Below, in pieces: positions 1-9,990 of a stretch of DNA of 26,191 nucleotides; within the stretch, counting starts at the first letter, position 1; every line of letters begins with the position of its first letter. The notes below the pieces were generated by a model that ran no database searches, had not been told where the DNA came from, and saw only the letters and a program-made list of their open reading frames with translations. The translations under genes and the position numbers were made by a program. The stretch covers positions 1 to 26,191 of the forward strand of contig JBHHXN010000063.1 in the NCBI GenBank assembly GCA_046757025.1, written 5' to 3'. The stretch comes from a bacterium (GTDB taxonomy: Bacteria; Zhuqueibacterota; Zhuqueibacteria; Oceanimicrobiales; Oceanimicrobiaceae).

Positions 1-318
1 TTTACATTTTTGAAAAATCAAAACAGTTAAAATTATTTGTCAGGTCTCCATAATCATAAAGACAACCTTTTTGCGAGAATTCTCTCAAAAAATATTTTGC
101 AGTAAGTTTTTAACAAATGCCAGTAAAGGGGATGATTTTTGAAATACCTTGCTTTAATCAAATCACAAACGTTTGGGTTTGCGAGTGGTAGGGGCGGTCC
201 CCAAAATCCGCGATGTCCGTCGCTTTCGAGAAACTGGCACCTGTCAGGTTAATTCGGAGAGCGAGAATCAATAATTCGTGGATTCATACAGCCGTCCCAA
301 TGAATTAGCAATTTTAAA

Positions 319-2889
319 TCATTCGATTACATACTTAAATCCAATAAACGGCACTACCGGCAACTGACGATTGGTTCTTTGCCGACCACGGGCTCGACTC
401 CACTGGTAGTTCAAGATGTTTTTGCGGTTATAAAGATTCCAAATACTTAAATAAACCGAAAGATGGGATTTCTTGAATTTAAAATGTCGGCTGATGCGAA
501 TATTCAAGGAATGGTAGGCGGGCAGGCGGACTTGATTGAATCGGGTTTGATCGAATACCGTAGTGTTTAATTTATTCGAAGTGGTGATATCGAGTGGGGC
601 ATAGGGGCGACCGCTCATGTAAATCCAGCGTGCCACGATTTCCCATTTTTTGCTGAGCTTAAAGCCGCCTTCAAAACCGAGTTTCACCCGGCTGTCAAAA
701 GCGCGATTTTGCCACTCGCGATGGTAATCTTTGTATTTTGACACCAGATAAGAGATGCTTGCCATGCCGCAAATCTGGCGGGAACGGGAGGTCTGCACGC
801 TCACATCCACACCGCGCGCTAATGCTTCACCGATATCGCTCAAACTGTTAAAATAACTGAAATGTAATTGATTCTTTTGCGCAATTTCATCCAGAATAAA
901 TAATTGCGGATGTTGTTCACTGAGCGGAAAATTTTTGTTGTGCTTGCTGAACAATTCAAGCGACATTTTGAGGTTTTCATGCAGCAATTGCGTCCATTTC
1001 AGGCTGTGTTGAATTGAGAACAGATTATTCAGATTTCTGTTTGATTCCTTTTGGTAGAGCAGCGCCGTGGGCAAACTCTGATAATAAAGCCCCGATGTAA
1101 AACGGAAGGCGGTTGTTTCCGACCATTTCGAAAACAGTGCGATTCTGGGTGCCAGATGAAATCGCCGGTTGTGGGAATAGTAGTCGCCGCGCAGTCCTAT
1201 TTGCACGTTAAATTTGTCAGAAGGCTGCCAGTGGTAATTTACATAGCTGCCGAACCGAAAATCGCGCTGGTTAGTTCGTACTGAAGCGCTATCGATTTTA
1301 TTGCCAAAATGGTCAATGTATTCACTGAATCGGTATTTATCCGAAATGCGAGTGAGTTTGAATTCCAAGCCCGTTTCCAGGGCTCTTTTTTTATTGATTT
1401 GAAAATAAAAATCTGTGCGAAATGAGAAGGTCTTTTCGACGGCCTGACCTGCAAAAATTTCGCTTTCGAGTGCGGAGTCGAATTTATACCCTTTATATTT
1501 TAAGAACGAGAATGTTATATGCGATTTAAAAAACCAATGTTCGTCAAAGTTGATCAAACTTATCCCTGTCAGGTTGTTTTTGATATCGCCTTTAAAATGG
1601 CTGTCTAAATCGTTGCGTTTCGCGTCCTTTTCACTTTGCATGGTGTTATCGACGCTGGAAATCATCAGCAGATTCAGCTTGAGATTGGTTTTGATGTCGT
1701 AAACGATCTTTACCAGATTGTCTTTGTAAATAAGAATGGTGGGAATTTTCAAGATTTTGGCAATCAGATCCAGATAGCTGCGCCGAACTGAAAAAAGGAA
1801 GGAGCCGCGGCCTTTAAAAATCGGGCCCTGGCTGCTGGCGTGAAATCCAAAGGAGTCCGAATCCAGCTTTTCCACCATCTTTTGGCGATTGCCTTCACGC
1901 ACATAAAGATCCAACTGCGCTGACAACACATCGCCCGTCGTGACCGGCACCCCGCTGGTCATCAGCTCAGCTCGGCTAATGTTTTCCATGGACAGCACAT
2001 GCACTAAACCAATGCCGGTGCGCGCAATGGGAAAATGGTTGGGATAGGGAAATTCCATCCCATCCACGCGATGAACCAGGCCAAAGGGAGTCGTGCCAGT
2101 AATACTAATGGAATTGGCCAGGTCGGTCTGCGGTGTCACACCAGGCTGTGCATTAAAACTTCGGCTGACGTCGCCAGCCGAACCAGGCTGGCTGCGCAGC
2201 TCTGCTTCTGAAATGCTGATGCGATCCTCATCAATCGAAATCTCTTTCGAACCATTGGAATAAATTGTATCAAGTGTCACCACCGTGTTTTTTAATTCCA
2301 CCTCAACAAAAGTTTTTTCACCTGATTTGATGAGCACATCTGATTTTTTCGAAGCATCAAATCCAATGAAAGTCACGTGCAGCTCGTAGCGGCCTGCGGG
2401 AATGTGTTCAATATAAAAATGACCTCGGATATTCGAAGCCGTCCCCAAGTGCGTATTTTCCAGATAAATGTTCGCTCCGGATAGCGGAAGTTTGGTTTCT
2501 TTGTCTCGTACCCGCCCTATCAGGGTGCCGGGCATTTTTTGAGTCAGCTCCACCAGGCTGTCTGCACAAATCTTAAAATCTATCTGGGTGTTCTCGAAAA
2601 GCGCCTGCAAAACGTCCGTCAACGGCTTTTTGTCAACCACTAAATTGACGCTGTTTTCTTCGTCTATCAGAGCGTCGCTAAAGCTGAAACTAAAACCGGA
2701 TTGTTGTTCAATTTCATTCAGCACGCTTCTAATGCGGGCGTTTTGAAAATGCAAACTCAGCAATCGTCCTGGAGAAGGCTGGCCGTGGCTGGCGGCTGCA
2801 CTGCTGCGGTTAGGAAAGCTGAACGCCGCCAGGAATCCATAAAACGAAAGTAAAAAAATGACTGAGTTGTCAGCCCATCTTATTTTCAT
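319..2889 (-). CDS. TonB-dependent outer-membrane receptor/transducer (STN extension + carboxypeptidase-regulatory-like domain + plug + beta-barrel)
   Basis: 856 aa with a signal peptide. STN-like segment (LSLHFQNARIRSVLNEIEQQSGFSF), CarbopepD_reg-like segment (GRVRDKETKLPLSGANIYL...GTASNIRGHFYI), plug (GDVSRSFNAQPGV) and barrel end (IWNLYNRKN...PFIGFKYVIE). ATGA overlap with the upstream FecR gene. Confidence 0.92.
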   Translation of the reverse strand: MKIRWADNSVIFLLSFYGFLAAFSFPNRSSAAASHGQPSPGRLLSLHFQNARIRSVLNEIEQQSGFSFSFSDALIDEENSVNLVVDKKPLTDVLQALFENTQIDFKICADSLVELTQKMPGTLIGRVRDKETKLPLSGANIYLENTHLGTASNIRGHFYIEHIPAGRYELHVTFIGFDASKKSDVLIKSGEKTFVEVELKNTVVTLDTIYSNGSKEISIDEDRISISEAELRSQPGSAGDVSRSFNAQPGVTPQTDLANSISITGTTPFGLVHRVDGMEFPYPNHFPIARTGIGLVHVLSMENISRAELMTSGVPVTTGDVLSAQLDLYVREGNRQKMVEKLDSDSFGFHASSQGPIFKGRGSFLFSVRRSYLDLIAKILKIPTILIYKDNLVKIVYDIKTNLKLNLLMISSVDNTMQSEKDAKRNDLDSHFKGDIKNNLTGISLINFDEHWFFKSHITFSFLKYKGYKFDSALESEIFAGQAVEKTFSFRTDFYFQINKKRALETGLEFKLTRISDKYRFSEYIDHFGNKIDSASVRTNQRDFRFGSYVNYHWQPSDKFNVQIGLRGDYYSHNRRFHLAPRIALFSKWSETTAFRFTSGLYYQSLPTALLYQKESNRNLNNLFSIQHSLKWTQLLHENLKMSLELFSKHNKNFPLSEQHPQLFILDEIAQKNQLHFSYFNSLSDIGEALARGVDVSVQTSRSRQICGMASISYLVSKYKDYHREWQNRAFDSRVKLGFEGGFKLSKKWEIVARWIYMSGRPYAPLDITTSNKLNTTVFDQTRFNQVRLPAYHSLNIRISRHFKFKKSHLSVYLSIWNLYNRKNILNYQWSRARGRQRTNRQLPVVPFIGFKYVIE

Positions 2890-3887
2890 TGCACGCCTCC
2901 ATCTTCATCAATTTGAAATGCCCCGTTAATTTTTTTTGACTTCAAATTAAAATTCGCGCAGATATGTCTGAGAATTTGATCCACAGGCAGGCCTTTGTTG
3001 TATTTGGCGGTCAGAGTTAAGTTGGTCATATTTGCCACGGCGATTTTAAATTTGACGTCGAATTGTCGTGTCAGCTCCTCGAACACGACGTGCAGCGGGG
3101 TACGCTCAAAAATCAACTTGCCTTCCCGCCAGGCCGTCATTTTAGAAATATCCACTTTGACCGGCGGCGTTGGCAAGCTGGTATCCACCACCTGGCTCAT
3201 TTCGCCGCTATGCAGAACCACTTTGCCGACGGATTCCAGATTTGCGATTGCGAGCTTACCCAATTGTACCACCACCGTGGTGGTGTTGCCACGCTGGCGC
3301 AGGTTGAATGCGGAACCCAGCACTTGCACCAGGGCATTCTGGGTTTCTACCGTGAACGGGACGCTGCCGGGGGCCACCTTGAAAAACGCTTCCCCCATCA
3401 AACGTACTTTCCGCAGCTTGTCTGAAAATTTTTTCGGGTATCTTAGTTTACTTGCGGCATTCAATTCGACGACGGTACCGTCCACCAGATGAACCGTCGC
3501 GTGTTTGCCATTTGGAGTCTTGACTTCTGCTTGTGTAAAATAATTTCCATAAACCCACCAAAGAGACGCAAGCGTGACCAGAACCACCGCCGCTATCCTC
3601 CACATCCTCTGAAAAGCGCTAAATGTGGAGCGTATATCGACCAGAGGATTTTTAATGTAACCATTTTGCTGCGATGGAGACTCTTCTTCCATTTTTTGCA
3701 GCAGTTCCGCCCAACGGTTTTCAGCCACCGGCGGCTGAATTTGATCTAACAATGCCTGCAGTTTTTTAAGTTTTTCAAATTCTTCGGGCTTAGTCCGGGC
3801 AAAGGCTTGAATTTCTTCCTCCGTGGCTTCTTGAGTAAAGATTCGAGCAAGCAATTCGTCATCCATTTTTCTTCCTTTTTTCTTCAC
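2886..3887 (-). CDS. FecR-family anti-sigma factor / transmembrane sensor
   Basis: WRIAAVVLVTLASLWW TM helix and FecR motifs (LVDGTVVELNAASKLRYP, RKVRLMGEAFFKV, VQVLGSAFN, AWREGKLIFERTPL). The start may be GTG 3887 or ATG 3866; both have SD-like sequence upstream. Confidence 0.93.
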   Translation of the reverse strand: MKKKGRKMDDELLARIFTQEATEEEIQAFARTKPEEFEKLKKLQALLDQIQPPVAENRWAELLQKMEEESPSQQNGYIKNPLVDIRSTFSAFQRMWRIAAVVLVTLASLWWVYGNYFTQAEVKTPNGKHATVHLVDGTVVELNAASKLRYPKKFSDKLRKVRLMGEAFFKVAPGSVPFTVETQNALVQVLGSAFNLRQRGNTTTVVVQLGKLAIANLESVGKVVLHSGEMSQVVDTSLPTPPVKVDISKMTAWREGKLIFERTPLHVVFEELTRQFDVKFKIAVANMTNLTLTAKYNKGLPVDQILRHICANFNLKSKKINGAFQIDEDGGVQ

Positions 3888-3958
3888 GGTACACCCCCAG
3901 CTTAAATTACATGAATAGTCGATTTATCAGTAGAGACACCGATTTTCACTCGATCATA

Positions 3959-4522
3959 TCATCTTTTATTTAAAATAAATAAAAACGCTTTCAGTTTTTC
4001 TCGGAGAATTCGATATGCTGAAGCCATGTCCCTGTTAACCGTGGCGATTGAGATATCTAGTATTTCCGCTATTTGGTGATAAGGCATATCAAAATAATAT
4101 CTCAAAATAAACGCCAATCGCTTTCTTTCGGGCATGGATTTGATGATTTTTGTGATCGATCTTTTCAATTCTTCCTTCTCATTATCTACTTCTGGTCCAA
4201 AGTTAGTTGAAGAATTGGCAGCCGTTATTTCTACCGCAGCGAACAAAGGATTTGTTTTACCTTTTCTGATAAAATTTAGATATTCATTTTTACAACAGCG
4301 ATAGAGGAATGAACGCAACGCTGTGTGTGGATTCCATTTTTCACCTTTAGTCCAGATATTTAAAAAGACATTCTGGGTAAGATTTTCAGCCTCTTCTTTT
4401 GAATTGGTTAAATACCAGAGGAAATTGAACAATTCCTGGTGGTACTGATCATAAAGCTGCTTAAAAGATTCCCGATCTCTTGCTTGAATTCGCTTGATCC
4501 ATTCTCTTTCTTCCGAATTCAT
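3959..4522 (-). CDS. ECF (sigma-70 group 4) RNA polymerase sigma factor
   Basis: 187 aa. Region 2 (SFKQLYDQYHQELFNF...EEAENLTQNVFLNIW) and region 4 HTH (MPYHQIAEILDISIATVNRDMASA). GGAGAGGGG SD; lies upstream of the fecR-like gene. Confidence 0.93.
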   Translation of the reverse strand: MNSEEREWIKRIQARDRESFKQLYDQYHQELFNFLWYLTNSKEEAENLTQNVFLNIWTKGEKWNPHTALRSFLYRCCKNEYLNFIRKGKTNPLFAAVEITAANSSTNFGPEVDNEKEELKRSITKIIKSMPERKRLAFILRYYFDMPYHQIAEILDISIATVNRDMASAYRILREKLKAFLFILNKR

Positions 4523-5480
4523 GTTTCCCCTCTCCCATTCAATTTCAACAAAAAACTATTATCTGTTTTATTGAATTGAGTATTAAAGGCTCATTTTCTA
4601 CAAAAACAAATGAATTGTTGAATCTAAGCTGCGGATAAAAATCGACAGAAGCATTCAAACGATAATTAATTTAATGAGGGATGCGCGAAAGAGAGTAACA
4701 AGTATTTTGGTCGCTCCCATTGTGGCCGTACTGTAAATCGATCAACAGTTGAAAAAGACTCAGAAATCGAACGACAAGGTTTGCTTGCTTTTCGCGCTGT
4801 AATTAATAGACACATCAATTACACCGATTCCATCATAGTTTTTTTGGAAAATGGGTAATTCATTCTGAATGAAAGTACCCAAACTGTCGCTTATTCAGAC
4901 GATGAAAAATCAGCAAACGCACACAACTTGAAACACGAAGATGAGGATGAATATATGACAAGAGCTTGAAGGGAGTCGGGACTGTCGTTCGCCGACTCTC
5001 GATGATAGCAGGGTTGGAAACCTTAGAGTCCTTTGGCTGTGCACTCTTATCATCTGTAGGAAGCTATGCACTCATGGAGTGAAAGAAAGATGCCGAAAAT
5101 AAGGATGTTGATCTGCTTGGTCGTACAACCTAACAAAAAAATCAAAAAAATGCAAGTATTTTATCTTTCAGCGGTTGCATTCATAATTCAGAATAGCTTG
5201 AAACGGCATATAGACGGGTCGATATCAAAAGGGTATTTCAGTCGTTTATGAAAATTGTCTGGATTTGTCCCCCATTTCTCGTGGTAATTGAAGCGCCAAT
5301 TTATTTACGCAATGATGAACTATTTTTGTGAACAATTTTGTTACAATTAGGGAGAAAGGATCCGCATGTCAGTTTAAAACGAGAAGGTGGCAGTCGAACA
5401 TTTTACGACTTCTGAAAAATGTCACACCAGATGATTTAAGAAATCACAAATATAAAATCCGACTTTTAAGCGCTAATATT

Positions 5481-6938
5481 ATGCCCAAATATCGATTGAG
5501 TTTAAGACGGCGAGCTATTTTTGGCATCGGATTTACCTACGTGGTCATCATCTTTGCTTTTGCTTTTTCAGCTTTTATCCAGGAGCAGAAGATCGTCAAA
5601 GAAGAAATGATGAACACCTCCATGGGCTGTTCCCGGTTGTTTGCTAAAATGGTGACAGAGCCGTTGCTCAAAAAAGATCTAACTTCCATCAAGATGCACA
5701 TGCAGCAAGCCGGCCCCATGGCAAAATTCAGCCACGGCAGAAACGTCCGCTATGTCATCATCCAGGATGAAGAGGGCCGCGTGGTTGCCAGCAGTGACGA
5801 CTTCAACATCGAGAAATTTCTGCGCGGCAAAATCAACGAGAATGCTTTCACCACCAATGCTGAAATCATTCAGGATGCTGGTTCTATTCTGGACGTGGCG
5901 ATTCCCATTTTTGCAGAAGGCGTCAAACAAGGGGTGGTGCGGTTAGGCATCTCCACGAAAGACATGCAAATCAAAATCCTGAAAAGCCGGCGCTGGGCGC
6001 TGCAATTTATGCTGGGAGCCATCTTCATCGGGGCACTTTTGGGGATCGTCATCGACTATCAGGTTAAAAGAAATTTGCAGAATCTAACTGCCACTACCCG
6101 ACAAATTGCCGACGGCGATTTTAATCAGCGCGTGTTCATCAACACGGGCGATGAATTGGAAGAGTTCGGTGTCGCCTTTAACAAGATGGCTGACAAGCTA
6201 CAAAATGCCCATGTGGACCTGGAGCACAAAGTTATCGAAAGAACCCAGGAGCTGAGAGAATCGCAAAGGCAATTGGTACACAACGAAAAAATGGCCAGCT
6301 TGGGCGTTTTGGCCGCTGGCCTGGCGCATGAAATTGGTAATCCTTTGACCGCGATTTCTTCCATTGTTCAAATCCTGCAAAGAAAATCCACTGAAACCAA
6401 ACACAAAGAGCAATTAAAACTGTTAAGCGAAAACATCAATCGAATCTCAAAAATCGTGCGTGAGCTGAGCGATTTTTCTAGACCGGTTAAAACCGACAGG
6501 CAGCCATGTCAAATCAACGAACTCATTCGCACTGCTCTGGGGATTTTAAAATATGATCCCCGAGCTAAAAAATACAAAATTACCACTAACCTGAGTAAAG
6601 ATTTGCCTAGAGTGAACGTGGTAGCTGATCAGGTTTTACAAGTTTTCATTAATGTCATTCTCAACGCATTCGACGCCATGGAATCGCAGGGCGAGCTGAG
6701 GATTTCTTCCTCAAAAAGAAATCATGCTGTGACAATAACTGTTACAGACACCGGCAAAGGCATCGCCCCGGAGTGGCAAGAAAAAATTTTTGAACCCTTT
6801 TTTACTACCAAAACAGTGGGGCAGGGGAGTGGTTTGGGTTTGTCTGTGAGTTATGGTATTATCAAAAGTCTTGGTGGCGAAATACACGTCGAAAGTGAAG
6901 TGGGGAAAGGTACCACCTTTGTCATTGTTCTTCCTTGA
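5481..6938 (+). CDS. Membrane sensor histidine kinase (2 TM, periplasmic sensor domain, HAMP, HisKA, HATPase)
   Basis: TM1 follows SLRRR; HAMP (GDFNQRV...GDELEEFGVAFNKM); H-box LAHEIGNPL; N-box QVFINVILNAFDAM; G boxes DTGKGI, FEPFFTTK, GSGLGLSV. The ORF is open from GTG 5328; ATG 5481 is preferred because it places TM1 near the N-terminus. Confidence 0.93.
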   Translation: MPKYRLSLRRRAIFGIGFTYVVIIFAFAFSAFIQEQKIVKEEMMNTSMGCSRLFAKMVTEPLLKKDLTSIKMHMQQAGPMAKFSHGRNVRYVIIQDEEGRVVASSDDFNIEKFLRGKINENAFTTNAEIIQDAGSILDVAIPIFAEGVKQGVVRLGISTKDMQIKILKSRRWALQFMLGAIFIGALLGIVIDYQVKRNLQNLTATTRQIADGDFNQRVFINTGDELEEFGVAFNKMADKLQNAHVDLEHKVIERTQELRESQRQLVHNEKMASLGVLAAGLAHEIGNPLTAISSIVQILQRKSTETKHKEQLKLLSENINRISKIVRELSDFSRPVKTDRQPCQINELIRTALGILKYDPRAKKYKITTNLSKDLPRVNVVADQVLQVFINVILNAFDAMESQGELRISSSKRNHAVTITVTDTGKGIAPEWQEKIFEPFFTTKTVGQGSGLGLSVSYGIIKSLGGEIHVESEVGKGTTFVIVLP

Positions 6939-6955
6939 ATTAACTGGAAAACCCT

Positions 6956-8320
6956 ATGAATGAAAGCATTTTAATTGTGGATGATGAAAAATCGATCCGG
7001 GAATCCCTCCAAGAGGTGTTAGTGGATGAAGGATATCGTTGTAAAACTGCCGCTGATGGCGAAGATGCCCTGACACAAGTTTCTGAAGAACAATTTGATC
7101 TGGTTATCACAGATTTGCAGTTACCCGGAATGGATGGAATCGAAGTGATCAAAAGAATCCGTAATGTGAGTTCCAAAACTATCATCGTCATGATTACCGC
7201 GTATGCCAGTGTGGATACGGCTGTGAAGGCACTGAAAATCGGCGCTTCGGATTACCTGGTTAAACCTTTGATTTTAGATGATCTCATTTTTCGAATTCGA
7301 CAGCTTTTAAAATTTCAAGCACTGGAGATTGAAAATCAAAACCTGAGAGCGGAAGTGGAGCAAAAATACCACTTCGGCAACCTCATAGGAGAAAGCGCAG
7401 AAATGAAGCTGGTTTTTGGTCTCATAAAAAAGATTGCCCCCACCAACAGCAACGTCTTGCTGCAGGGGGAAAGCGGCACCGGCAAAGAACTGGTGGCGCG
7501 GGCCATTCATTACCACAGTTTGCGCAAGAGCGGGCGATTTCTACCAGTCTGTTGCAGCGCCATTTCCGAACAGCTTATGGAAAGCGAATTGTTCGGACAT
7601 AAAAAAGGAGCCTTCACCGGCGCTTTGCAAAACAAAGATGGTTATTTTAAAGCCGCCAACAAAGGCACACTTTTTTTAGATGAAATCAGCGAGATACCAC
7701 TGCACTTGCAATCGAAATTATTACGGGCTATTCAAGAAAAAGAAGTGTATGCGGTTGGCAGCAGCCAGGCAGAAAAAGTGGATATTCGCATTATTGCTGC
7801 TTCCAACCGTGATTTAGAGGAAGAAGTGAGCCGGGGAAATTTTCGCGAGGATTTGTTTTATCGTTTAAATGTTGCGGAAATAAATTTGCCACCGCTGCGA
7901 AAACGGCGAAACGATATTCCGCTGCTTGTGAAACATTTTATTAAAATTCACAACCAGGAGCTGGGCAAGAAAATCACCGGCGTGGATGAGGAGACCATGC
8001 GGTGGCTCATGAACAACGAATGGAAAGGCAACATCCGCGAGCTGGAAAACATGATAGAACGGGCGATGATTTTAACTGACGATGAGCTCATATCGCGCCA
8101 GGCTTTACCGGTTCTCCTCAAGTCCCAAAAACAACTCCGCGAGGTTGAAGATGAATTGAAATGCGCTATGAAAATTTACGAGCGTCAACACATTTTGAAA
8201 GTTATTCACAAAACCGGTAATCACAAACGACAAGCAGCAAAATTATTGGGCATCAGCGAATCGTCATTGTATAGAAAGTTGGAAGAGCTCCAAATTCCAA
8301 CCGATGGCCAATCGATGTAA
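6956..8320 (+). CDS. Sigma-54-dependent NtrC/AtoC-family response regulator (REC-AAA+-Fis HTH)
   Basis: REC (ILIVDDE, ITDLQLPGMDG), Walker A GESGTGKE, intact GAFTGA, Walker B LFLDEI, FREDLFYRLNV, WKGNIRELEN, HTH AAKLLGISESSLYRKL. Confidence 0.96.
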   Translation: MNESILIVDDEKSIRESLQEVLVDEGYRCKTAADGEDALTQVSEEQFDLVITDLQLPGMDGIEVIKRIRNVSSKTIIVMITAYASVDTAVKALKIGASDYLVKPLILDDLIFRIRQLLKFQALEIENQNLRAEVEQKYHFGNLIGESAEMKLVFGLIKKIAPTNSNVLLQGESGTGKELVARAIHYHSLRKSGRFLPVCCSAISEQLMESELFGHKKGAFTGALQNKDGYFKAANKGTLFLDEISEIPLHLQSKLLRAIQEKEVYAVGSSQAEKVDIRIIAASNRDLEEEVSRGNFREDLFYRLNVAEINLPPLRKRRNDIPLLVKHFIKIHNQELGKKITGVDEETMRWLMNNEWKGNIRELENMIERAMILTDDELISRQALPVLLKSQKQLREVEDELKCAMKIYERQHILKVIHKTGNHKRQAAKLLGISESSLYRKLEELQIPTDGQSM

Positions 8321-8357
8321 CTATTCACCACGATAATTTCCGGCTGTTTGCCATAAA

Positions 8358-8400
8358 TGTCTCCTGAAAATAGGAGACAGTCTCACACTTCTGGGAGACA
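8358..8400. promoter_or_regulatory. Tandem palindromic upstream activator sites (candidate binding sites for the adjacent NtrC-like regulator)
   Basis: TGTCTC-N10-GAGACA at 8358-8379 (perfect 8-bp arms TGTCTCCT/AGGAGACA) and AGTCTC-N10-GAGACA at 8379-8400, about 100-140 bp upstream of a sigma-54-like promoter. Confidence 0.7.
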
Positions 8401-8496
8401 GGAAAATCGCTTTCAGGCAATTGAACACGATCTCCTGTTTCCACTAATCCTTTAAAATTAATCGTTTAAGTAAATTTCTTACAATTGACTACTCCC

Positions 8497-8512
8497 TGGC
8501 ACAATAGTTGAC
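8497..8512 (+). promoter_or_regulatory. Sigma-54 (-24/-12) promoter for the cytochrome P460 gene
   Basis: TGGCAC-AATAG-TTGAC: canonical -24 and spacing, but the -12 dinucleotide is GA instead of GC. About 75 bp upstream of ATG 8586. Confidence 0.65.
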
Positions 8513-8585
8513 AGATTTCATTTCATCGATGCAACATTGGATTCAAACAAAAACCTAATTAATTACTTAAATCCAGGAGTCTGTC

Positions 8586-9146
8586 ATGAAAAAGCTGTTT
8601 TATTTGATCGTCGTAATGAGTGGTTTCGCATTTTTACTGTCAAGCTGTTCCGGCAGCGACAATTCCATGCAATCGATAGCCAGCGATGACGTCATCGCTG
8701 CCAATCTCTGGAATCGGTTGATGTCGGAGGACTACAGCAATACGGCAAAAACGTGGAATCTCTGGCCTGGCAAAACCGGCTATTACGCCGGGGATACCAA
8801 TCTGATGGGCCGCGATCCCCACATGGGACCGCAGGTGTTTCGTACGTTTGTGAATCCCACCGCCCTGAGTAACTTAAACAGTAAATCGTTTCCGCTGGCG
8901 GACAATGCTGTAATCGTTAAAGAAAATTACATGGTGAGCGGTTCCGATACCACTCTGGCAGCTCTGACCGTGATGTTAAAAGTGTCAGGTTACGATTCAG
9001 AACATGGCGATTGGTTCTGGGTGAGTTATCAACCAGACGGAACCGTGAAAACCATGGGTAAGGTTGATATGTGCTACGGTTGTCATGCGGGCGCCAACAA
9101 TCATTATGGCTTTGATCGGGACTATGTCTGGACTGATTTGCCATAA
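8586..9146 (+). CDS. Cytochrome P460 / c'-beta family lipoprotein
   Basis: Lipobox LSSC. Family motifs DNAVIVKENY, LTVMLK..GYDSEHGDWFW, and a C-terminal CYGCH followed by RDYVW. AGGAG SD. Confidence 0.85.
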   Translation: MKKLFYLIVVMSGFAFLLSSCSGSDNSMQSIASDDVIAANLWNRLMSEDYSNTAKTWNLWPGKTGYYAGDTNLMGRDPHMGPQVFRTFVNPTALSNLNSKSFPLADNAVIVKENYMVSGSDTTLAALTVMLKVSGYDSEHGDWFWVSYQPDGTVKTMGKVDMCYGCHAGANNHYGFDRDYVWTDLP

Positions 9147-9190
9147 CGCTTTTCAATAACAGAAAACACCAGATTAAAACTCGCTGGCAT

Positions 9191-9227
9191 AAAAAAAACC
9201 TGCTCGTCAGTACGAGCAGGTTTTTTT
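9191..9227. terminator. Bidirectional intrinsic terminator
   Basis: A8-CCTGCTCGT-cagt-ACGAGCAGG-T7: perfect 9-bp stem between convergent genes. Confidence 0.92.
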
Positions 9228-9243
9228 GAATTTAAAAGAAGAA

Positions 9244-9990
9244 TTATTTCGACTCCGCAAACTCCATATTGACTGTTGCGGTAGCGCCAGCTTTGACCGT
9301 GACTTTCTGGGTCTGAGTTCCTAATTTTTCGTGCCAGAATTCCAGAGTATATGAGCCCGGCGGTACGTCGGCAAGACTGAACTTTCCGTTTTCATCGGTG
9401 ATGGCGTAATAGGGATTATCCACTATTGCCACGTAGCTGTTCATCCAGTTGTGTACGTCACAAGCCACCCGGATAAATTCAGGTTTGTCAAAAGAGATTT
9501 TCAGAACTTTCAAGAATTTCGGCTGCGCTTTGTTAATGGGCGTGTTTTTTTCGCTGAAAGTGTGAATGTTGTGCAGGATGCCATCGCTGTTTTTGATTTG
9601 AATTTTGGCGCCAACCGGAGCCAGCAACACATGCGGCTGGAAGAGACAGCCATTTTGATCCAGCACAAATTCGTCTCCCCAGGTTTCAAAGGATTTGCCA
9701 CCTTTGACGCCTGAAATCCCTACGACCACGTTGGCCAGACCTTTGTCTTTGGCCACGACCAGATCTTCATTGTAATGGTCAACTTTTCCGCAAACGCTCA
9801 CGTCTTTATTCACCGTAATCTTCTTCTTTGCTGGAACAGCACCTGCAAAAGTTACTTTACCTTCGATGGCCGCTCCGGCTGCGGGTGACAGTGCGTGGTT
9901 GGAACCGGTTTTTGCAAAGGCGGTACCCTGGATGTTCGTCAAGCTCATTAACAGACCTGCTGTCACAACAATTGGAAGTATTCGATTCAT
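9244..9990 (-). CDS. Secreted cupredoxin-like protein with carboxypeptidase-regulatory-like beta-sandwich
   Basis: Signal peptide ending AFA; LDQNGCLFQPHV; NSDGILHNIH; ligand loop CDVHNWM (C-x2-H-x2-M); PYYAITDENGKFSLADVPPGSYTLEFWHE. Confidence 0.85.
   Translation of the reverse strand: MNRILPIVVTAGLLMSLTNIQGTAFAKTGSNHALSPAAGAAIEGKVTFAGAVPAKKKITVNKDVSVCGKVDHYNEDLVVAKDKGLANVVVGISGVKGGKSFETWGDEFVLDQNGCLFQPHVLLAPVGAKIQIKNSDGILHNIHTFSEKNTPINKAQPKFLKVLKISFDKPEFIRVACDVHNWMNSYVAIVDNPYYAITDENGKFSLADVPPGSYTLEFWHEKLGTQTQKVTVKAGATATVNMEFAESK

Noticed and set aside
68..203. Palindrome TTTTTGCGAGAATTCTCTCAAAAA and a GTAGGGGCGGTCCCC REP-like start
   Set aside because: Isolated and incomplete, with no second copy in the window; function cannot be assigned.
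319..2889. OprC/NosA-type copper receptor
   Set aside because: I see no CxxxM copper motif or Met-rich track, so the substrate is left unassigned.
5066..5251. 61-aa ORF
   Set aside because: Short, crosses poly-A tracts, and has no recognisable motif.
5328..5480. N-terminal extension of the first kinase from GTG 5328
   Set aside because: No SD and no domain-like content; ATG 5481 gives the usual short basic segment before TM1. Not fully excluded.
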